The translations under genes and the position numbers were made by a program. Of a stretch of DNA of 26,791 nt, positions 1-9,101 are shown piece after piece. This DNA comes from Fonticula alba ATCC 38817 (taxonomy: Eukaryota > Protista > Nucleariida). The notes under the pieces are model-generated. The model was given only the letters and a program-made list of their open reading frames with translations. It searched no databases and had not been told where the DNA came from. How positions within the stretch are numbered: position 1 is the first letter of the stretch; every line of letters begins with the position of its first letter. The DNA is taken from the NCBI GenBank assembly GCA_000388065.2, contig KB932214.1, one strand, 5' to 3'.

Positions 1-110
1 TCTCTCTCTCTCTCCCTCCCCCCCCTCTCTCTCTCTCACATACATATACGTACACGCATTTCATTCCTTTCGCCTCTCCGCCCCCCATCGGCCGCCTCGT
101 GCAACAACAG

Positions 111-1574
111 GCCGGCCCCGATCAACCCGTCGCACTTCCTGCGCGAGGTGCGGCGGAATGCGGCGCAGTTCCGCGGCGGCGGCCAGTGCGACGCCCACGA
201 GCTGTTCATGATCGTCCTGGACCAGCTGACCTCGGAGGCGGCCACCTTCGCCAGGGAGGCCCGGCAGTCGGGCAGCCCCCCGGGCGGCGGCGGCCCGGCA
301 GCCGTGGCCGCCCGGCCGACCTACGTCGACCAGCTGTTCGGCGGGACCCTGGGGCACTTTACGAAGTGCCACGATTGCGGCACGCTCTCCCTGACCCAGG
401 AGCCGACCTTTTGCGCGACTCTGCCGCTGGAGGCCGAGCGCCGGCCTACGCGCACAGGCGTCCCCACCCCCTCGGTCCACGGTTCGTTGCCCGGCTGGCC
501 TCCTGGCCGTGGTTCCCCTCCCTCGCCCCCCTCCCCCCCTCTGTGCCTCCTCGCCCCTCCGTTGTTGCATGGCCTCCATCGGGCGCACTCGGCGTTTGAT
601 ATTGACGCGCGCCTGCACGCACGCACACGTACCCTGCGAATGTCCCCCTTCTTCCCCCTCTGGCACTCCCTGCACGAAGACGACATCATGGGTCTCATCC
701 GGAACTCGGCGTCCAGCGGCTACCGGCCGGTGACTCGAGTGGACAACTTCCGCACGTCGGGCTCCCTGACGGACGGCCTGGCCCGGCTGACCTCGCCGTT
801 TGTCCTGCACGACAGCAATTAGTGCGTCTCGCCCTCCCCTTTCTCCCTCTGGCCCGGGCCCCTGCCCTGGCATGCGGCGGGGAAGGGGCCGACAGCGGGT
901 GTGCGCCTTGCCTGCATCTTCTCCTGACGCTTTGCCATGAATGTGTCCACGCTCCTGGATGCAGCTATGCCTGTACCGAGTGCCCGAAGAAGGCCGCCGA
1001 CGGACCCGCCTCGCCCAGTGCCCTTACCGAGCAGGGCCGTGTCGCCGGGGCGGGGGGGATTTCCGACGAGGAGGCCTCCTCGGAGGGGATCTCCGCGGAT
1101 GAGGTCTCCTCGGAGGGGATCTCCGCGGATGAGGTCTCCTCGGAGGGGATCTCCGCGGATGAGGTCTCCGGCGAGGACACCTCCGCGGATGAGGTCTCCG
1201 GCGAGGACACCTCCGCGGATGAGGCTTCGGACGACGGGGATACCTCCACAAGTGAAACCTCTGGCGGGGAGATGTCCGAGGAGGAGACCCCCACCGGAGA
1301 GGCCTCCAGGGACAATGGCGCCGCGCATGTGGTCCCCGAGGGCAGTGGCCCCGCGGATGGGAGCTCCGAGGAGGGCGTCCCTGCGAGCGGGCCGCCTGCG
1401 GAGCCGGCCGCCGCTGCGGGGGGCCTTCTCGAGGCCGAGGCCGCCGCCTCGGCGGCAGCCGGCCCCGAGCCACCCGCCACAGGGGCCAGCGTTCCCGAGC
1501 AAGACCTCGCCGCCGGGCAGCCGGCCCCCGCCGAGTTCGAGGATGCCGAGAGCCCCGGGGCGCCGGAGCCCAGC

Positions 1575-1612
<38 letters not shown>

Positions 1613-2623
1613 AGCGGACGCCGTGGCCGAACTCCCGCACGCCTCGGACGACGAGTCCGACACCCCGGAGGACCAGGTTGACAGGATGCTGGCCAAGCTC
1701 CGCATGGGAGCGGCCCCGGTGCAGCCGGTCCCCCGGGCGCCGGCGGCGGCGGCGGCCCCGACATCGGCCAAGACCGCGCCAGCCACCGCCTCACGGCTTG
1801 CCCTTTTCCGGCGGCTGCCGCCGGTGCTGGTCTTCCACCTGAACCGGTACGCACGCGCGCGCGCACTTCCCCTCTCGCGCTGGCTCCCTCTCCTTCCTTC
1901 CTCCGTCCACCCCCCCCCATGCGCCTCGCTGACTGTGCTCTCCTCGTCGTTCGTGGGGTTTAGCTTCGCCTCGTCCGGGCTCCGGCGCTCGACGTCCAAG
2001 TCGCAGCTTGTCTGCCGGTTCCCGCTGGAGCTGGACATGCGGCCGTACACGCTGCCGCCGCGGCGGTTCCTGCTCCCGAGTGCCGGGCCGCCGTTGGATG
2101 GGCTGGGCGCCGGCTCGGGGTCCGTGGTCCCGGTCCGGCCGCTCGCCAACCCGCCGGACTCCTACTACCAGTACACCCTGGTGGCGGTGGTCCAGCACCA
2201 GGGGTCCATGTCTGGCGGGCACTATGTGGCCTACGTCAACGCCACGGCCGCGTTGCAGAGTACGTGTGCCGCACGCGTGCGCGCATGCACCACCACCACC
2301 ACCACCGCCGCCTGGGCAGGCCACAGCCCGAGCCGCCATTCCGCCTGCCCCACTGACCGTGTGTCCTCTCGCCACCCGCGCCCCACCCTGCCCGGACCGC
2401 TCGCCCAGGCCACCTGGAGGGCCTTGACGAGGCTGAGCGGCCGACCCTGCCGGCCAGCCGGCTGGCGCGAACCAACAACTGGTTCCTCATCAGCGACTCG
2501 AGCGTGCGCCCGGTCAGCGAGGCCCATGTCCTCTCCTCCGAGGGGTACCTCTTCTTCTACCAGCGCAGCCTGAGCCTGGCCGACGAGCTGGCCCTCCTGG
2601 CCGACGAGGCGGCCGGCCAGTAG
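111..2623 (+). CDS. Ubiquitin carboxyl-terminal hydrolase (peptidase C19), USP16/USP45-like; 5'-partial
   Basis: Exons 111-481, 680-821, 965-1846, 1964-2259, 2409-2623 (stop TAG 2621-2623); all GT-AG and phase-consistent. The spliced product shows USP boxes: FRGGGQCDAHELF, LFGGTL..KCHDC, YYACTEC, LPPVLVFHLNRF, FPLELDMRPY, His box HQGSMSGGHYVAYV, and WFLISDSSV..VSEAHVLSSEGYLFFYQR. The Cys box lies upstream of the window. Subfamily assigned from recalled C-terminal similarity to USP16/45. Confidence 0.9.
1055..1230 (+). repeat. In-frame 30-nt tandem repeat (~6 units) encoding acidic decapeptides DEVSSEGISA / DEVSGEDTSA
   Basis: The unit cggaggggatctccgcggatgaggtctcct repeats from 1081; variant units gcgaggacacctccgcggatgagg follow at 1171 and 1201; degenerate flanking copies. 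Confidence 0.95.
1575..1616 (+). repeat. (GCG)n trinucleotide repeat encoding 14 Ala in the USP insertion
   Basis: 12 x gcg followed by gca gcg, read directly. Confidence 0.95.
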
Positions 2624-3563
2624 CGCCGGGGGGAATATACGCCCGACCGTGCCATCACGCCAGAGCCCGCACGTGACACTCGCCGCCGCGCCGATCACCC
2701 CCGGGCCTTTGCGGCCGGAGGGGGAGGGAGGGGGGGGGGGGGTGTTCTCCCAGCCCGGCGCACGTACACGCGGGAACGCGCGGCTACTTTTGCATGCGTG
2801 GGGGCGGGCGCCTGGGGGGGCCGGCGCGACAAACGGGGGCGCCGGCGTGTGGGTCCCTCCTCGGCGGGCGCCCGGAAAGTGGCGCAGGGGCTCGTCTCAC
2901 GCAGGGCGCACGCCGGGGACGCGTTCGGCGACGTGCGGTCCGGCGGCAGGTCGGGCCCGGACGGTGGCGCGTTATCTGGCGGCGCTCGGGTCCGGCGCCG
3001 GGGGGGGGGGGAGGCGCGGGGATGACCGGCGCCGGCGGTCCCCGGGCGTGAGAAGGCGCACCGTTCTCGGTCCACTCCGCGAGCGTGGTCTATTGTGGCG
3101 GCGCGCCCCCGTGCTCCGTTCGGGGTCCCCCGCGCCGGCGCGGGGCGGGCTGAGCGCATCTGACGGGCCGATTGCCCCGCCCGCCCCCCCCCCGCCGCAC
3201 ACGACTTTCCTCGGGCGCCCCCTCCTGCCCCGGGGGGGGCGGGCGGAGGTGATGCGCGAGACCTCGCCCCTCCCCCCCCCCCGCAGCCGGTCTCACCCGG
3301 GGTCGGCGCCCGGGCTGGCGCCAAGCAGGCGGCATCCGGCCGCCAAGTGGGCGCAGGCCGGCTCCCGGGATCTCTGCCCCGGTCCGCCGCCGGCCTGGCT
3401 GGCGGGGGGAGATCGGGCAGCCTGCCGGGCGCCGATCCGGCCCCGCCCCCCCCCCCCCGCACCCGCCATCGCCGCGGGTGGGCGCGCGGTTGCGGGCGGG
3501 CGTGGTTGTGGGTGTGCTCTGCACGTGCGGGGGCGTGTGTTGTTTGCTGGTTAGATCGCCCCC

Positions 3564-3591
3564 GTGTGCGCGCGCGCGCGCGCGCGCGCGC
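3564..3591. repeat. Alternating purine-pyrimidine (GT)2(GC)12 tract upstream of dolichol kinase
   Basis: gtgtgcgcgc...gcgc, 28 nt, read directly. Confidence 0.9.
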
Positions 3592-3926
3592 CGGATGCCA
3601 CGGTCTGCCCCGCGCAGGGCCCCGGGAGCAGTCTCGGGGCACCCGGCGCAAATGCGCCAGGAGATGGGAGGGAGGAGGCCCTTGTCGGTGGGGGGGGGGG
3701 CGGTGGTCGGGCCGGGTTTTGGGCCGCCGCGGATGCTCGCGCGCACCTGCCGCCGCGGGCCATCGTCCCCTTCTCTCGCGCTCTCCCCCCCCTCTCGCTT
3801 GCTTGCTTGCTCGTCCCCCCGCCCTCCCCTCCTGCTCCGCCTCCTTCATCTGTCTCCCGCCTTCCCTGCATTCCCCGCCCTCCCTTCCCGCCTCTGCCCG
3901 CCGACGCCCTGCCGGAGCGTGGCCCG

Positions 3927-6900
3927 ATGGCCTTTGCCGTGCGACGCCGGGCGGCCCACAGCCCGCCCCTGCCTCCTCCTGGGCCGGGAGCCACGCCCTG
4001 CCGGGAGGATGGCCCCCGATCGGTGCCGGAAAAGGCCGGCAGCCCGCCGGCCCATCCTCCCCGGGGGCGGATCTCCACCCTGGCCTTGGAACGGGTCACG
4101 GTCGGGGCCTTTGTCATCTTGGCGGCCTTCTCGACCGCGCACCCGGCCCTGGCGCCCTCGTCGGCGGTGGACCTGCCGCTGGCCGGGTCCTTGATGACCG
4201 AGTCCCTGGCGGACCTGTGGGCCTCGCCGGCCGTGTGGCTGTATGACCGGATTTGCGGGCTGAGCTCGAGCACCGGCTCGTGGCGTTTTTCCGGTGGTGC
4301 GGCCGTGGGTTTCTGTCGGCTTGCCTTGCTTCTTGATGTGGCCCCTGGTCGGCCGTCCTCCCCCCGTCGGGGCGTGTTTGTGAAACTGACCTCGGCGCAG
4401 TGCTATTGGTGTGCATGCTGGTGGCGGCCCTGGCCGTGGACATTCCCTTCGCGTACCTGGTGTCGCGGCCGGCGGCGAGCCATGCCCCGGGGCGCGCGGG
4501 CGCGCGCAGTGCCGACGGCAGCCCCATCCAGCTGCTCAAGAGCCTCCCCCTGGCGGAGGACCCGAGCTCCGAGGCGGAAGCCCCGGGCCCGGGGGCCGTG
4601 CTGCCCTCCGGCCTGTCCGGGTCCTGGTCCATGTCCTCGATCGCCACGCTGCTGGATGAGGACCGGTCGGAGCCCGGGCAGCCGGCCGGCGGGGGCGTGG
4701 GCCCGGATGGGCCGGCGGACGCGATGGCCGCCCCGGCGGCCCTGGCATCCTCGCGGCCGGTGGAGTGGCTGCGGCACCGGCGGCGACAGGCGCACGTCCG
4801 GCCGCGACGCCGGTTCCAGGTGGGCCAGTCGATCGCCGACTTGAACCAGGCCCTGGTGCGGCTCTTTTCCGAGGTGTACATCGGGCCGGAGTCTCGGCGC
4901 GGGTTCCGGCCCTTCGCCGACCCGGGGGTTTTGCATGGGGCCCTGCTGGTGCCGCTGGTGCTGCTTGCCCTGCGCGCGCACCTGAACTTCAACATGCAGT
5001 ATGGGGTGCCGGCGCGCGGGGAGCCGGGCATCTGGCCGCTGGCCGGGGTGGCCATCCCGGTCGGTGGCGATCCGGTTGGCTACCTGAGCCAGCTGCTCGG
5101 GGTGTCGCTCAGCTGCTCGCTGGTGTTCCTGGGCCAGGCCCTGTGGGATTTGCTGCGGGAGGTGGCCGCTCGCCAGCGGCCAGGGACCCGGCGGCCCGAG
5201 CCATGGGTCGGCCGACTGCGCGCGGTGCGGGCCGTGGTCACCGGGGCCGGGAGTCTCCTGCTGCCGGCGCTGCTGGCGTCGCCCTTGCCGGGGCTGGTTG
5301 CCGCGCTGCTGGTGGCCCCGTGGCCGGTGGCGTGGGGGGCGCTGGTGGCTGGCGTGCGGGTGGCCCTCGGCCCGGCCGGGTGCCCTGCCGCCGGGCGGCC
5401 GGCCGCCCTGGCATGGGCCCTCTGCCGGGGCCGGTGGGCCTTGTCCTCGGTGGACCCGGCGCGCTTCCTCCTGGCGCTGGTGGCTCTGCATGGGTACCGG
5501 CTGGTGATGAAGCTGACGCCGCGGGTCTTTCCGCGGAGTTTCACCCGCGGCGAGGCGTCGGTGCTGGTGCAGCTGGTGGTTTTCCTGATGGTGGATGCCG
5601 GCCTGGCGACCATCACGCAGGTGTGTCGTTGTCCTTTCGTGCTTCTTGTCCTCCCCCCGGCCGCCCGGCCGCCCGGCCGCCCGCTGTCTCTCGCTCCTCA
5701 ATGTCCCTCCTTCCCCGGGTGGTGCCCAGCGTGTCCGGCGACCTTGGACTGACCTCCCGCTTGCTGCCTGCCTGGGGTCAGCTGGATCTTGCATCGGTGC
5801 CGCCCTCCTGGCGCTTCAACCGGCCGGTCATTCTCCTGTACACCGAGGCGTTGTTCCTCGGGTGCCTCTTGATCTCGACGGTCGGGTACCCGGTGTTGCT
5901 GCTGCTGAGGTGCGCCGGCTTTCTCTCCTCTGTCTCTTTCTCTCTTCTTCTCTCTCTCTCTCTCTCTGACACGCGCGTTCCTCCTTGCTCTGTGGTCTCC
6001 CTGCTCCTTTGCTTCTTGTCGCTTTGGCCCTTTCCGCCGCCACCCTCCCCGGCGGTCTGCCACCCTGGCACTGGCTCTGTGGCCCTGGCCCCGGGCTGAT
6101 GCTCTCCCCCCCCCCCCCCCCCGTCCCTCCTCCTTGCCTGGCCGCGCACCACACCAGGTATTCCAATCGGCGCTTCGGCCCGCGGAGCCCACAGTCCGCA
6201 GCACTGGCCGGCGGGTTCTTGCTCCTGCTGGCGGCCCTGCTGCACTGGGTCGTGTGTCCCTGGCTCGGGGGGCTGATTGGCATTCACCCGGCCGTGTGGT
6301 GCGGGCCCGGTTGCCTCCTCCCTCCCCCCCTCGCGCCCCTGTCCCCCGTGCCTCGCGCCCTCTTGCCCATGATGCCGTGGCTAACCCCGTCACCTGCCAT
6401 AGGACCATCCAATTCATCGGTGCCTCGCGCCGGCGCGGGCTGATCTTGGCGTACTGGATTGTGCTGCTGGTGGTCGCTCTGGCCGGGCTGGCGCTCTTCG
6501 GTCGATCGCGCAGCCAGGCCCCCAAGGCGGCGGGTGGCCCCTCGGCGGCTGCCCCGCCGGTGGCGGCGTCGGACTCCACCGGGTCCTTGCTGCTGGCGGC
6601 CGCCGGCTCCGGACCGCCCATCGACCTGGTCCTGGGCGAGGAGGACCTGCGCCTGCTCCGGCGGCAGAAAAACAGCAAGCGCGGCCACTTCCATGGTGTG
6701 CCCATCCACCTGATCCGAAAGTACTTCCACCTGGTGGCGGTGGTAATGTTTGTGCCGTGCTACCTGCTGGATGTGCGTTTTGTCACTCGCGCGCCTTACC
6801 AGCTCCTGCTCTTTCTTGCCATCTTGTGTGCTCTCCTCCGTCTGTGGTGCTCTCCCTCTGACTTTCCTCTTGTGGGGGCTTTTCTCCTCGCTCTTCTCCC

Positions 6901-7011
6901 GGGTCTTCTCCTTATTTTTTCCCCGATCCTCTGCCCGCTCTTCTTCGTGCTTTTCTCCCCCCTCCTCTCCCCGCCCCTCCCCTCCCCCTCCTTTGCTTCA
7001 TCTCCCCATCG

Positions 7012-7078
<67 letters not shown>

Positions 7079-7740
7079 CCCCCCCCCCCCCCCCCCCCCC
7101 CGCCCAACCATGCCATCCCCTAGCCCTCCTTCCTGCAGCTGTCCTTCGGCATTGCCCTTGCCCTGCTGCTGCTGGTGGAGATCATCCGGCATTTCCGGTT
7201 CCCGGTCCTCGGCCCGGCTGTGGACCAGGCCTTCGGGGTCTTTCTGGACGCGCGAGACTGCGGGCCGGTGGTCCTGTCGCACCTGTACCTGCTGATTGGG
7301 TGTGCCCTGCCGGTGTGGCTCTCGCCGGCGGTTCTGCTGGACTCGGGGGCTCTGTCGGATTTTGCCTCCTCACGCTCCGTCCTGGCCGGGCTGTCCGGCA
7401 TCCTGGCCCTTGGTGTCGGCGACACCGCGGTATGTGCCTGCGCATGGCTGTTGCCCACGCCGCTGCTCCTTCTGGCCGCTTGCTCACACATGCGCCTCGA
7501 CGGTACTTGTTGCCGCCTGTCCCGCGGGCGGGCGGGCGGGCGCGTAGGCTTCGGCCTTTGGGCTTTCCTTCGGCCGGCACCGGTGGCCCGGGTCACGCAA
7601 AACCATCGAGGGCACCCTCGGCGGGCTGCTCTCCACCCTGCTGACGGTGGCCCTGTCGGCGGTGGCCTTCGGCTTTGTGTCCTTCAGCTCGTCGCACGTA
7701 TGTCCGCATGCGCGGCCCAGCCCCGGGACCCGGCTCTCTT

Positions 7741-7772
<32 letters not shown>

Positions 7773-8053
7773 GGCGTCTCATGTGCCCCTGCCGGCGTGT
7801 CCTTTCCTCGCCACCCCCCCCCTTTACTCCCTGTTTGCCTGACTTGTGCCTCCTCCGTGCCACGTCCCTTCCTGGCTTGGGACCGGTCGCCTTCCCCCCC
7901 TCCCCCCTTCCCCCCTGCCGCTCTGCCGGCCAGTGGTCCCTGTACAGCACGGCGCTGGCTTTCTCCGCGCTGCTGGAGGCCCTCACATTCCAAAACGACA
8001 ATCTCATCGTCCCATTGTACCTCTTCTCCGCCGTATCCCTGATGGCCGGCTAG
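3927..8053 (+). CDS. DOLK: Dolichol kinase (Sec59/DOLK), ~934 aa multi-pass membrane protein
   Basis: Exons 3927-4296, 4401-5620, 5782-5909, 6158-6298, 6403-6772, 7124-7429, 7548-7697, 7934-8053 sum to 2805 nt (935 codons). Motifs: FPRSFTRGEA, RKYFHL, LDPSFLQL, VVLSHLYLLIGCALPVWL, GILALGVGDTAASAFG, RWPGSRKTIEGT, LEALTFQNDNLIVPLY. The start codon and first donor (4297) are the least certain parts. Confidence 0.93.
7012..7101 (+). repeat. ~90-nt poly-C tract inside dolichol kinase intron 5
   Basis: C run with one T at 7076; the exact length may be an assembly artefact. Confidence 0.85.
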
Positions 8054-8162
8054 AGTCGCCCCGGCGCACGGCGCGGGGCATGATCCCCTGGGGCCCCCCC
8101 CCCCCCCTGGCCGGAGATCTGGCGCGCCGCGCGCCGCGCGTGCACGCACACTTGTCCTTGTG

Positions 8163-8168
8163 AATAAA
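8163..8168 (+). terminator. Candidate polyadenylation signal AATAAA for dolichol kinase
   Basis: AATAAA 110 nt after the stop codon, in otherwise very GC-rich sequence. Confidence 0.55.
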
Positions 8169-8371
8169 CATCCGCTCCGTTGGCACCCCGATGCGCCGAC
8201 TCTTCCGCCGGCGCTCCGTTTTCGCCGGGCGATCTGCCAGGGGGCGGGCAGTTTGGGGCCCTCATCGCGCCCTCCCCCTCCCTCCCCCATCTTCCTGCTG
8301 CCCCCTCCCCCGCTCCCCCCCGCTCCCCCCCCGCCCCTTCCCCGCCCCCTCCTCCGCACTCCGCCGCGCAA

Positions 8372-9070
8372 ATGTCCCGCCCTCGGCCGGCGCGGCCGCC
8401 ATCGCGGCCACCGGCCACGCTGCCCACACCGCGGCTTCCTCCCCCGCCGGATGCCCACCACTTTGTGGACATCACAGATCGCGCGCGGGTCCGAGTGACC
8501 TCCTGGCGACGAGGCCACGGCGCGGCCAACCTCACCGACGGTAGTCCGCACACCTTCTGGAGATCGGATGGCGGGATCACGCCGGTGGTGGCCGGCGCCC
8601 GGCCGGCCGGGCACGGTGTTTTCCTGGAATTCCCGCGGCCCTTCCGCCTGGCCGCCCTGGCGGTGTATGTGGACGTTCCGGCGGACGAGTCCTACGCCCC
8701 GAGCCAGATCGCCGTGCGCCTGGGCGGATCGTACCGGGACCTGGTGGTATGTGGGCTTCGTCCTGGCGCCTCTGCCCCGCTGCCCTTCCTCGCTCGCCCC
8801 CTCCGCAAGCCGCCCTGCATCTTGCGACCCCTTGCCCTTCTGGCGCTGACGGCCCTGCACTCCACCCCCGACCCGATGGCCCGGCGCCTGACCACCGGTC
8901 GGCAGACCATCAGCATCATCGATGTGCCGGACGCGCACCAAGGTTGGGTCGTGGCGCCGCTCTTCCAGATCGAGGACTACCTCCCGATGTGCGTCGCTGC
9001 GCCGGCCGGCCGGCCGGCCGGCCGCTGCCCGCCCCGCCCCGCCTCTTCGTAGCATGGCCTCCTGCTTACC

Positions 9071-9101
<31 letters not shown>

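Noticed and set aside
181-204. QCDAHE instead of QQD/QHD, and HLNRF instead of HLKRF, as signs of an inactive USP
   Set aside because: The His box and the following Asp are intact, these positions are not the catalytic triad, and the Cys box is outside the window.
1055-1230. 30-nt repeats as a CRISPR array
   Set aside because: No spacers, the repeats are in frame within a eukaryotic exon, and there are no cas genes.
2624-3926. Hidden gene in the 1.3-kb USP-DOLK spacer, and the 18-nt palindrome at 3128-3145
   Set aside because: No coding-like frame or consistent splice pairs; GC-only palindromes are expected by chance here.
8261-8268. PAC-like motif CTCATCGC (also at 24564-24571)
   Set aside because: It lies near APC10 and the TMEM184-like gene, not near the ribosome biogenesis genes where it would be meaningful.
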